This document shows, piece by piece, positions 1 to 7,620 of a stretch of 64,000 nucleotides of DNA. The notes beneath the pieces were generated by a model. The model had not been told where the DNA came from, did no database searches, and was given only the letters and a program-made list of their open reading frames with translations. The first letter of the stretch is position 1. Each line of letters opens with the position of its first letter. Both the position numbers and the translations under genes were made by a program. This DNA comes from a virus (taxonomy: Duplodnaviria; Caudoviricetes): the IMG/VR virus record IMGVR_UViG_2563367078_000003, positions 1-64,000 of that record. One strand, given 5' to 3'.

Positions 1-1359
1 CTAGATTCGCTGCAAAACACGAGGTCGGGGGCCTTCTACGAACCGTCCAGAGGCTCGTATTGTCACTTTGATGTCACTTTCAGGATCCAGGTACTCCAGC
101 TGCTCCGAGTAGTCGACGACGAACAGGTAGAAGCCCTCGGCGTCGATGTAGTGGCGAACGGCCACCGAGGAGGCTGCGGTGTGCCCGAGCTGGGTACTGG
201 CGGCGCTGGGATCTCCGGTACGACCGGCAACCTCGGTGGCGACCGTGTCGCGGAGATTCCCGGGCCGTGCCCAGGCCACCGAGGTCCCCTTCAGGCGGCG
301 CTCCATGATGAAGTCCACGGACTCTGTAGTGATCGGCTGCGGTTGTTTCCGGAACTTCACCGTGAAGCACAGCGCCTCGTCGTTGCCCCGGGTGTAGGTC
401 TTGTCGCGCCACTCCCGCAGGATCCGGGCACTCCACGCCGGAAGGGTGATGTAGTACGGCTGACCAGCTTTGCGACCTTCGGTGCGGACCTTCCCCTGGC
501 CAGTGATGCGCTCGGTGTGGCCGCAGATGTGCACGATCGTGTAGTCGCCGTCGATGTCGAGGATGTCGCACCACCTCAGCGCCAGGATCTCGCCGGGACG
601 CGCGCCGGTCGCGAGGATGAGCATCACGACGTAGTACGGCCATTGCGCGGCCCTGCGGTCACCGGAGAACTGCGTTCCGAGGGCATCCTTCAGTGCGGCA
701 CGTTCGGCGGGCTTGAGGGCGCGCTGAGCCTTGACGATGGTGTACTTCGGTTTTTTGATCAACTTCATCGGCGAGATATCGAACAGGTGCAGCTCGTCGG
801 TCATCCACGTGAACACCGCCGAGAGCACCTTGAACTGCATCTCAGCCACGCCGGGGTACGCCTTGCCGACGCTGCGGAAGTATCCGACGATGAACGTCAC
901 CTGAGCCACTTCGCGGATGCTGAGCCGCCCCATCTCGACGCCCATCCGGATCGCGTCCGGGCGGCTGGTCTTGCGGTCCGGATCGCCTGGATAGATCGCG
1001 GAGATGTACCCGTTGAGGGTGCGCCGGGCCAGTTCTCCGTTCTCGAACCGCTGCTGCGAAAACTTCCTGAACTCGTCGAATGCGTCGCTCATCATCGAAT
1101 CCAAGGTCAGGACCGTGGCGGGCGAGGACATTTCGGCGATCAGCTCGACGCGAGCCCCCTTGTTGCGGTTGACCTCGAAGCGCCGCCAGAAGTCGTCAAG
1201 GCATTCCTTGCGAGTCTTCCCCTTGCCCGACGAACGGTGATAGGACCCGGACCAGGCTCGATGACGGATCGGACCGAGATGCCAGAGGTCGTCGTCACCC
1301 TTGATCGGGACCAGCTTCTGCTTCGGTTCAGCGCCGGGGGCCATCTTCTCCTGCGGCAT
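1..1359 (-). CDS. int: Tyrosine integrase
   Basis: TGARPGEILALRW box I, xLRxT...LGH...HY catalytic motifs; start moved to ATG 1359 (RBS GAAGGAG). Confidence 0.92.
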   Translation of the reverse strand: MPQEKMAPGAEPKQKLVPIKGDDDLWHLGPIRHRAWSGSYHRSSGKGKTRKECLDDFWRRFEVNRNKGARVELIAEMSSPATVLTLDSMMSDAFDEFRKFSQQRFENGELARRTLNGYISAIYPGDPDRKTSRPDAIRMGVEMGRLSIREVAQVTFIVGYFRSVGKAYPGVAEMQFKVLSAVFTWMTDELHLFDISPMKLIKKPKYTIVKAQRALKPAERAALKDALGTQFSGDRRAAQWPYYVVMLILATGARPGEILALRWCDILDIDGDYTIVHICGHTERITGQGKVRTEGRKAGQPYYITLPAWSARILREWRDKTYTRGNDEALCFTVKFRKQPQPITTESVDFIMERRLKGTSVAWARPGNLRDTVATEVAGRTGDPSAASTQLGHTAASSVAVRHYIDAEGFYLFVVDYSEQLEYLDPESDIKVTIRASGRFVEGPRPRVLQRI

Positions 1360-1372
1360 TGCGTTGTCTCCT

Positions 1373-1564
1373 TCAGTCGTCGCCGAGTTGGCTTTGCTCC
1401 CACGCTTCGAAGTCCTTGCGCGGGTAGCGAACTCGTCCACCTCCGAGCCGGATGTAGTTCGGGCCGACGCCTCTGGACGCCCAGTTGGCGAGGGTCTTGG
1501 CGGTTAGCTGGAGGTGTTCGGCGACCTGCTCTCGAGTGAGGTACGCCGGTTCGTTCGTGGACAT
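1373..1564 (-). CDS. Excisionase-like HTH (AlpA/HTH_17)
   Basis: YLTREQVAEHLQLTAKTLANW...GP.Y.RLGG.RVRY; adjacent to integrase. Confidence 0.9.
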   Translation of the reverse strand: MSTNEPAYLTREQVAEHLQLTAKTLANWASRGVGPNYIRLGGGRVRYPRKDFEAWEQSQLGDD

Positions 1565-1695
1565 CTCAGACTCTCCGGGAATGGCTGATAACTGGCAATG
1601 GTCGGCCGGTTCGCAGGGTGATAACTGACTTATACGTGCAGGTCTGGAGGCGGTGCCGGGGGTGCGCGGAGGGGTGGGTGGCGATAACCGAGTTT

Positions 1696-1747
1696 GCCCA
1701 CGAGAAAGCCCTGAAATCGGTGAAGACTCCAGGGCTTTCTCGTGGGC
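1696..1747. terminator. 18-bp perfect inverted repeat, probable terminator between early operon and xis/int
   Basis: GCCCACGAGAAAGCCCTG / CAGGGCTTTCTCGTGGGC directly after the HNH stop. Confidence 0.65.
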
Positions 1748-2253
1748 TACGCGCGGGCTTTGGCGCGCATTCTGCGGTGCGACTCGCGGGCGATGCGATT
1801 ACTGCACTCACGACAGACGCGCTTTCCTCTTACATCGACACGCAAATTTTCTCCGCTATATGGATGCCCCAGCGGGCAATGAGTCTTGGTAGACCCATGG
1901 GCGTAATGGTTGCCGTGCCTGACTCGATCGCGCATATTCTCACTTCGAGTACCCCATCGCAGATTATCAAGACGATTATTTGCGGGATTCCCGTCGAAAT
2001 GACAGCATTCAGTGCCCGGCGGCGGCGGACCAACGAACGCGAGCAAAACGAGTCGGTGCACCATGTACGACCTACTTCGGCCATTAACGACCAAGCTCAA
2101 TCGTCGATACCCCGACTTCACAGTATTGGCACTCATAACATGGACGCGTCTGCGCCGGAGCGAGCAAACCCGTCCCAGGCTGCTGACGGCGTAGGTGCCA
2201 TTAGCGCCTGGGACGGATCTCCAACGCTCTTTCGTTTCGGCTACTTCACCCAA
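1747..2253 (-). CDS. NUMOD4-HNH homing endonuclease
   Basis: ERWRSVPG...YAVSSLGRV (NUMOD4); VHRLV..AF, CHFDGNPANNRLDNL (HNH_3); C-terminal HCP.GH..CREC. Confidence 0.92.
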   Translation of the reverse strand: MGEVAETKERWRSVPGANGTYAVSSLGRVCSLRRRRVHVMSANTVKSGYRRLSLVVNGRSRSYMVHRLVLLAFVGPPPPGTECCHFDGNPANNRLDNLRWGTRSENMRDRVRHGNHYAHGSTKTHCPLGHPYSGENLRVDVRGKRVCRECSNRIARESHRRMRAKARA

Positions 2254-3824
2254 GGCCAGTTGCCCGACTCGGCGGCTTCCAGCTGAGGGATGAGCTTGAA
2301 TGTGGCGTCCGTTAGGCTCCCGAACTCATGCCGATTCGGACCAAGCCGCATAGCCGCCGGAGCATAGCCCTGAAGATTGAACCCGTAAACCGGGACATGG
2401 GCCGGTACCGGGGCAGTGATATTGCCAGTGCAGGACTGCATGTCGGACAAGATGCAGACTCGATCATGGCCTCGATACTGCCGCGCTACTGCGCCCGCGA
2501 TATCCGTGCCGTGCCCCTTTTCGCCGACGCGGTTGATAAACCGGTTGATCTCGGTGAGCGTCGACGCGCCCCTCTTGACCGAGTGGTGGAACTCGCCGGA
2601 TGCGAAACCGTAGATGTCGGCGTTGGCACCGTTCTTGACGCCGAGAGCGACGCCGAATACCGCAGCGGCCTTGACCGGAGCCATTGTCGAGCGAGCGTTG
2701 TAGCTGGACTGCATCGAGCCGGAGGTGTCGACGAGAATCAACGTCTTGCCCGGCAGCTCCGGAATGTTCCGCAGCGAATGCCCGAGAGCCTTGTCCAGCG
2801 CGTGACCCCACCGCAGCGACGGCGCGTGCTCATAAGCGCTCAGGAATCGGAACGGGAACTGGCGAGACTTCTCGATCACAATCGGGTCGGTGAGGTTGTC
2901 GATCACCAGCTGCGCGGCTTGGTCCGACACTCCGGCTTCATCGAAATTCCGAAGGTTGCGGATCTGGGCCATGATGCCCATTGTCGGAATCATCGCTTCC
3001 CACCTCGCAGCGGTCATCGGACCGAAACCCGACAACTGCTCCCAGGTCATTCCGGACTCACCGAGGACTTCCGCGAGAGTGCCGTTGTCGGCGAGATAGT
3101 CGATGATCTTCGCCGGGGAGTGCTTGAACGCCTCGTTGTTCTGAATGGTCTTCAGTGACTCGGGGATCGGCTTGTCGCGGTTGTGGCGACGATCCAGCGC
3201 GTATTCGAACAGGTCGCCCTGCCAGGCTTTGCCGTCGTCGGCGGACGGGTGGGTCAGGTCGATCACATCACCGAACCGGAAGCCCTTGCTCGAGGTGTCG
3301 TACTTCAGCAGACTCCGCTCGTTGTACAACCGCACGACCGCATCGGCGACACCGCGCTTGACCGGCTGGGGAATCCGACGACCGTAGTTGCTCGTCCAAT
3401 AAGCCAGCATTTCCCCGGGCTCATCGGCGCGCTGGAGGACGGAGTTGATGACCTTGCGGTTGTCGCCGTGCAGTCCCTTGTCCAGCCGCGCCTTAACGTA
3501 CTCCGCTGCTCCGACGAGCGACGCGCTGCGCATATTCGCCTCAGGGCCGCGCAGCCACGCCAGCATGTCGGCGGTCCACTCCGGATCCTTGACGGCCATC
3601 TCGCGAATCAGCTTCTGGTAGCGGTTGTCGCGGGCGTCGGCGGATTCGTAGAAGGTGTTTTCGCCAACAAAATTGCTGACCGCGAGGAGAAACAGCTCGG
3701 ACCGCTTGTCGCGCTTGAATCCCGCAGCGCCTTCGTGGGTGTCGACCGTCTTGTTCTTTTTCGTGCCGATCGGGCCGGTGGCGGTGTTGGCGGGGCGAGT
3801 GGCGGTGGTGTTGAATTTGCTCAT
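2241..3824 (-). CDS. Ro60/Rsr-like TROVE-domain RNA-binding protein with C-terminal vWA domain
   Basis: THEGAAG, SELFLLAV..NTFYES, QRADEPGE, LTHP, TWE, RNLRN, SRQFPFRF; MIDAS DTSGSM...GTD..SDMQ; start moved to ATG 3824. Confidence 0.95.
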   Translation of the reverse strand: MSKFNTTATRPANTATGPIGTKKNKTVDTHEGAAGFKRDKRSELFLLAVSNFVGENTFYESADARDNRYQKLIREMAVKDPEWTADMLAWLRGPEANMRSASLVGAAEYVKARLDKGLHGDNRKVINSVLQRADEPGEMLAYWTSNYGRRIPQPVKRGVADAVVRLYNERSLLKYDTSSKGFRFGDVIDLTHPSADDGKAWQGDLFEYALDRRHNRDKPIPESLKTIQNNEAFKHSPAKIIDYLADNGTLAEVLGESGMTWEQLSGFGPMTAARWEAMIPTMGIMAQIRNLRNFDEAGVSDQAAQLVIDNLTDPIVIEKSRQFPFRFLSAYEHAPSLRWGHALDKALGHSLRNIPELPGKTLILVDTSGSMQSSYNARSTMAPVKAAAVFGVALGVKNGANADIYGFASGEFHHSVKRGASTLTEINRFINRVGEKGHGTDIAGAVARQYRGHDRVCILSDMQSCTGNITAPVPAHVPVYGFNLQGYAPAAMRLGPNRHEFGSLTDATFKLIPQLEAAESGNWPWVK

Positions 3825-3837
3825 CTGAATGCGCCTT

Positions 3838-4068
3838 CTAGTCTTCGCGGGCGTAGATGTAATAGGTGTAGAGCGAGTCGCGATCCGGGTAACCGAAGTC
3901 TTCATCGCCCGGCGTGGGATCCTTGTCGCCCAAGTCCCATTCGATCGGCTTGGATTCCTCGGCCTGGGCGGCTGCGCGAGCTTCGTCGGCGGTGTCGAAA
4001 ATGCCGAGCAGCTCATCGTCATAGCCGCATAAGTCGCAGGAATGGATTTGCTGTACCGCGTACCGCAT
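3838..4068 (-). CDS. Hypothetical protein
   Basis: Packed in operon; acidic with CxxC. Confidence 0.6.
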   Translation of the reverse strand: MRYAVQQIHSCDLCGYDDELLGIFDTADEARAAAQAEESKPIEWDLGDKDPTPGDEDFGYPDRDSLYTYYIYARED

Positions 4069-4069
4069 G

Positions 4070-4576
4070 TCAGTAGTCATCGCAGCAGTCGCAGCAAGAC
4101 CCCGGCTCATTCGGCTCCGGCCACGAATCGGGGAGTGCGACGCCATCCTCTTCAGCCCACTTCCGCAGGTACCAGATCAGCTGCGGGATGGTGTTGTCGG
4201 AGTCGAATAGTTCGTCCGCTTCATCGCTGGTAAGGCCGAGGGCGGCTTCGGCGACGCAATCCATCTCCCATACCGTGGTTCCATCCGCGATGCAGGAGTT
4301 AGGGGCGAAACGGCCTTCGAACCTCTGCACGAGCCGTTCGGCGATGTCGGCGGGAGGGATGACAAGGTCGGTGTAGTCGTCGTCCTCCCTGAACAGCCAA
4401 TCAGTTGCGCTGAACTCGCGACGCCTGATCTGACGGCCGCCAATGTGGATTGCGGTGTGACCTGCGAAGCAGTACGCGGTGCCGCATGTGTTGGAGTACA
4501 CCGTCTGATCCCACTCTTTAGGGTGATCGAGGATGTACTGCATGATGTAGATGAGTTCGGGCCAGTTGCGAGTCAC
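4070..4576 (-). CDS. Hypothetical phage protein (CGTAYCFAGH motif)
   Basis: W.Q...CGT.YCFAG...A..ALGL...A..LF pattern typical of actinophage proteins. Confidence 0.75.
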   Translation of the reverse strand: MTRNWPELIYIMQYILDHPKEWDQTVYSNTCGTAYCFAGHTAIHIGGRQIRRREFSATDWLFREDDDYTDLVIPPADIAERLVQRFEGRFAPNSCIADGTTVWEMDCVAEAALGLTSDEADELFDSDNTIPQLIWYLRKWAEEDGVALPDSWPEPNEPGSCCDCCDDY

Positions 4577-4578
4577 AA

Positions 4579-5112
4579 TCAGTTACCGTTCAGGTCGAGA
4601 TTGATTTGATTTTTGACGCTGCCGGGCGGGACGTGGATTTCGACGAATCGCGGATCATCGGTGAGACACGGAGCGAGCCAATTCGGCTTGAGATGGCAGC
4701 CGATGTACTCGACCACATAGGGCTTCGCCGAGTCTTCGTACAGTGCTATGTCGGACGCTTCGACTTTCTCGAGATGGATAGCGCCGTTGCTGTTGTCGTA
4801 AAAGGTGTAGGTTGCGTTCGACGTCAGGATGCCGGTGCCGAGAACGAAATCGCCGGTGATGGTGTTGCCGTCTTTGATCGCTTCCAGGCCGTAGGCGGCG
4901 TAGTCGTCTTGATGATCGGTGGCCACGTTGGCGACGATGGTGATTACCAGTCCGAGGATTGTGCAGAAGAAGGCACTGACAAACGTGAAGAAGGCCACCA
5001 AGCCAATCCCTGAAGCGACGCCGTTCTCGCGAGCTTCGGATATGCCGACTGCGCTGAAACCCACCGCGCAAACCCCGACTAGAACTGCCGGGATGATTAC
5101 TGCCGCGTACAT
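4579..5112 (-). CDS. Membrane protein
   Basis: Two N-terminal hydrophobic helices. Confidence 0.7.
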   Translation of the reverse strand: MYAAVIIPAVLVGVCAVGFSAVGISEARENGVASGIGLVAFFTFVSAFFCTILGLVITIVANVATDHQDDYAAYGLEAIKDGNTITGDFVLGTGILTSNATYTFYDNSNGAIHLEKVEASDIALYEDSAKPYVVEYIGCHLKPNWLAPCLTDDPRFVEIHVPPGSVKNQINLDLNGN

Positions 5113-5116
5113 CGGA

Positions 5117-5326
5117 TCACCAGTCGTTGTCGAAGACTTCTTCCATGACCATCGCGCTGAGCGGGTCGATTCCGGAGCCCATCATTTCGCCCATCATCAC
5201 CTCTTCGATGTTGCCGTCGAGGATTCCTTCGATCACCATCATGTCGGCGAGCGGGTTTCCGCAGCAGGTCGTTCCATACCGCATTCGCATTCCGCAGCTG
5301 GGGCAGCCGTGGTGGTATCCGTACAT
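5117..5326 (-). CDS. Small Met/Cys-rich protein
   Basis: 69 aa, HHGCPSC...CC then acidic Met-rich tail. Confidence 0.6.
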   Translation of the reverse strand: MYGYHHGCPSCGMRMRYGTTCCGNPLADMMVIEGILDGNIEEVMMGEMMGSGIDPLSAMVMEEVFDNDW

Positions 5327-5359
5327 ATCGATTCGCTTTCGTTGGCAGTTCCGGGCATG

Positions 5360-5404
5360 AAAAAGCCCCCAGGAATCACTGGATAAGCGAAACCTGGGGG
5401 CTTT
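5360..5404 (-). terminator. Intrinsic terminator closing the Y-RNA array
   Basis: AAAGCCCCCAGG/CCTGGGGGCTTT 12-bp stem; U-tract on minus strand. Confidence 0.75.
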
Positions 5405-5414
5405 GGAACGATCA

Positions 5415-5556
5415 GGCACTGACATCAAAGCCGACGCAGGAAATTGGGCTCAATTGCTCTACCAACTGAGCTACAACGCTGTTTCGAGAGCGCTGGCGGG
5501 ATTTGAACCCGCGACAGATTGATTTTGGAAGTAACCCACGTCTTCGGACCAGTACC
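5415..5556 (-). ncRNA. YrlA-like Y RNA, full permuted tRNA mimic
   Basis: 5' GGUACUGGUCCGAAG pairs with 3' GAUGUCAGUGCC; GGUUACUUC; T-arm GCGGG-UUCAAAU-CCCGC, closed acceptor CAGCGCU/AGCGUUG, D-arm GCUC-AGUUGGUA-GAGC, UCAAU/AUUGA anticodon-stem equivalent. Confidence 0.9.
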
Positions 5557-5567
5557 GAATGTTCTAA

Positions 5568-5637
5568 ACCTGAGATCGCAGTGCCGGGCGGTGTTGATTT
5601 CAGCAAATTGAAGTAACCGCCTGGCTTCGCACCAGGT
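5568..5637 (-). ncRNA. Short Y RNA without tRNA domain
   Basis: ACCUGGUGCGAAGCCAGGCGGUUACUUC...ACCGCCCGGC...GAUCUCAGGU; same terminal stem and motif as the long copies. Confidence 0.75.
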
Positions 5638-5687
5638 ATTCGTTTTGCTCCCCCGGAGGAGTCTTTCGACCGCAAGGCCGGGGGTAG

Positions 5688-5760
5688 TCCCGAGGTCGGA
5701 GTGCTGGGCGGTGTTGTTTCCATTCACAGTAAGAAGTAACCGCCCGGCTTCGCACCGGGA
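5688..5760 (-). ncRNA. Short Y RNA without tRNA domain
   Basis: UCCCGGUGCGAAGCCGGGCGGUUACUUC...ACCGCCCAGC...GACCUCGGGA; paralogue of 5568-5637. Confidence 0.75.
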
Positions 5761-5772
5761 TATAAAAGCTTG

Positions 5773-5883
5773 TTAGACGAACGCGGCGATGAGCGCCGAA
5801 ACCAGTGCGCCGACAGCGCTTGCAACCGAAGTCACCAACGTGGGCAGATCCGCAAGGCCAGCAGCCAGCAGAGCAGCAGACAT
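5773..5883 (-). CDS. 36-aa hydrophobic peptide inside the Y-RNA array
   Basis: AGGAGA RBS, ATG 5883, MSAALLAAGLADLPTLVTSVASAVGALVSALIAAFV, TAA 5773. Confidence 0.65.
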   Translation of the reverse strand: MSAALLAAGLADLPTLVTSVASAVGALVSALIAAFV

Positions 5884-5917
5884 AGGAATTATCTCCTGGA
5901 GATCGGGGATATGTGCA

Positions 5918-6026
5918 GACACTGACATCGAAGTCGAGGCAGGTAACATACGGAAGCCGAAGCGACTCCCGGCAGGACTTGAACCTGCAGTACCAATGAA
6001 GTAACCCGCCTCTGCGGACCAGTATC
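5918..6026 (-). ncRNA. YrlA-like Y RNA lacking the D arm
   Basis: GAUACUGGUCCGCAG.../GAUGUCAGUGUC; GAGGCGGGU/ACCUGCCUC; T-arm GCAGG-UUCAAGU-CCUGC; acceptor CGGGAGUC/GGCUUCCG. Confidence 0.85.
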
Positions 6027-6036
6027 AAAGTGAAAG

Positions 6037-6184
6037 AAGTGCTGACATCAAATCGGTGAAGGTGAACTATTTACGCGCGTTATCCGTTACGCCACACCCA
6101 GCATGAAGGCCGGGTGGCAGGAGTCGAACCTGCTATCTCGTGCTCCCTATGCAAGAAGTAACCCAAACCTTCGGACCAGCACTT
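6037..6184 (-). ncRNA. YrlA-like Y RNA, full permuted tRNA mimic
   Basis: AAGUGCUGGUCCGAAG/GAUGUCAGCACUU; GGUUACUUC; T-arm GCAGG-UUCGACU-CCUGC; acceptor CACCCGGC/GCUGGGUG; D-arm GCGU-AACGGAUA-ACGC. Confidence 0.9.
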
Positions 6185-6198
6185 GCTTCGTTTTTCTT

Positions 6199-6260
6199 TC
6201 TGACATCAGCCTATACCGACGTCGCGAATCCCGCATTCAGGTAGGTTTTCGCAGGTCGGA
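6199..6260 (-). ncRNA. Possible divergent sixth Y-like RNA
   Basis: 3' GAUGUCAG motif retained; UCCGAC/GUCAGA and CCUA/UAGG pairing; lacks GGUUACUUC. Confidence 0.4.
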
Positions 6261-6359
6261 CATAGTTTTCAAGTCGGCTGACAACGCGGGGGCGGCACCG
6301 CATACTGAAGATGGCTCGATCGAGCCGGGGGTCACCAACCTGATCAAGGGGAAATTTCT

Positions 6360-6812
6360 ATGCGTACAGCATCTTTCGCCGTCGTCGCCATCGCTGCAAT
6401 CGCCCTCACCGCCTTCGACATCAACACCGCCGGTGCCGAGACGACCGCCAGCCCGATCGCTGCAAAAGACTGCGACTTCGAGTTCACGTGGACACGCCCA
6501 CATCTGGTGGGACCGCAGCTGATCGGGCGAGGATTCGCGTGGTGTGACGAACCGCCGGAGGAGCACATCGCCGTGTTGAAACTGGAGTTCAAGCCTGCCG
6601 GGCGCTCGGGGTGGGAAGTGGCCGCCGCGACGAAGCCGGATCGTACACGCCCCGCGAAGCAGGTCAACTATGAAGTGTCCGCCACCTGCTATGCGGGATC
6701 GTGGCGCGCAGCGGTAGACGTCTGGGGCACAATGCAGGGGCACCCGTTCACGTTCAGCGACAGGTCCGGTTCTGTCGATGTTCCGGCAAGCCGGTGCGCA
6801 CCTCGAGGATAG
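6360..6812 (+). CDS. Secreted protein (moron-like, opposite strand)
   Basis: N-terminal signal peptide, four Cys. Confidence 0.7.
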   Translation: MRTASFAVVAIAAIALTAFDINTAGAETTASPIAAKDCDFEFTWTRPHLVGPQLIGRGFAWCDEPPEEHIAVLKLEFKPAGRSGWEVAAATKPDRTRPAKQVNYEVSATCYAGSWRAAVDVWGTMQGHPFTFSDRSGSVDVPASRCAPRG

Positions 6813-6822
6813 GAGCCCTTCA

Positions 6823-6999
6823 ATGAGTCCAAGTCTCGCCGAATCGCGGCAGGTACGCGACGACATCGGAGCACTGACCGAGAGAGTCGCAGACCTGGTA
6901 GGGGCGGACCATCCGGCGGTGTCGTCACTGATACGTGCGGCCGATGAGCTGACGGTGACAGCGCTGGAAACCGGACCTCGCCGCTACGGCGGCCGGTAG
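6823..6999 (+). CDS. Hypothetical protein
   Basis: AGGAG RBS, follows secreted gene. Confidence 0.55.
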   Translation: MSPSLAESRQVRDDIGALTERVADLVGADHPAVSSLIRAADELTVTALETGPRRYGGR

Positions 7000-7024
7000 T
7001 AAATGCGAACGACACCGCCAGTTC

Positions 7025-7234
7025 TCATAGTCGGGGGCTGGCGGTGTCGTCGCATCCGCACGTCGGGGTATGCAGGTCGCCGTGCTTGCCGTTGGAGCCG
7101 ACCGGGCGATGCGAATGCAGGACTCCGATCAGGTGCTCGATAGCCTCGCGGGTAGGGGTATCTGGCACGTACGGCAACTGACTGCAAAGGTACTCAGTCA
7201 AGAGTTTCGGGCACCACTTTGTCGGATACGGCAT
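7025..7234 (-). CDS. Hypothetical protein
   Basis: HRP.G..GKHG.LHTPTCGC motif; coupled stop/start. Confidence 0.65.
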   Translation of the reverse strand: MPYPTKWCPKLLTEYLCSQLPYVPDTPTREAIEHLIGVLHSHRPVGSNGKHGDLHTPTCGCDDTASPRL

Positions 7235-7620
7235 CAGCGCTCCTCGGTTCTAGGCATCCACAACGGATCGCTGGTCACCCACTCCGGGTCGTACGTAGTA
7301 GCGGTCAGCCTGCCGATTACGTCACGTGGCGTATGCCCGTCCCATTCGGCGGCGCGGAGTCGTTCCGGCACTCGAAACTTATGCCAGTCCTTGGCCGGAT
7401 AGTGCTGGGTGATCTGACCGGCGGGGAGCTGCGCTACTACGACGAACCATCCGCCTCCGAAACATGCCTCGCCGTCGCTGTGGTGCCACGACTTGTGGAC
7501 GCCGTACTTGTCCCGGTCCGCCCATTCATTGAACAGCAGGGCGTTGTACAGCATCCTGAATTCGTAGAGTTCGTCGAACGTGTGGAATCCGTCGCTGGTC
7601 TGGCCGTTGATGTCGGTCAT
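7234..7620 (-). CDS. WDGH-domain protein
   Basis: SDGFHTFDELY...KSW.H.DG...GQI..HY...WDGHT. Confidence 0.8.
   Translation of the reverse strand: MTDINGQTSDGFHTFDELYEFRMLYNALLFNEWADRDKYGVHKSWHHSDGEACFGGGWFVVVAQLPAGQITQHYPAKDWHKFRVPERLRAAEWDGHTPRDVIGRLTATTYDPEWVTSDPLWMPRTEER

Noticed and set aside
1-120. att site at the integrase end
   Set aside because: Window starts at the int stop codon; no tRNA 3' end or duplicated core could be identified
151-1539. Long antisense ORFs (also 3183-4076, 58865-59986, 62739-63629)
   Set aside because: Shadow frames of real genes, expected in high-GC DNA
5425-6028. ORF-track proteins across the array (5412-5723, 5425-5727, 5600-6028, 5789-6004)
   Set aside because: No recognisable motifs or RBS; they overlap structured RNAs
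5415-6184. Canonical tRNA genes (T-loop and D-loop motifs)
   Set aside because: T arm precedes D arm, the acceptor stem is closed by a loop, and there is no anticodon loop or CCA end; this fits YrlA-type mimics
5415-6260. CRISPR-like array from the repeated GAAGTAACC motif
   Set aside because: Repeats are short, degenerate, irregularly spaced and base-pair with partner strands; no cas operon
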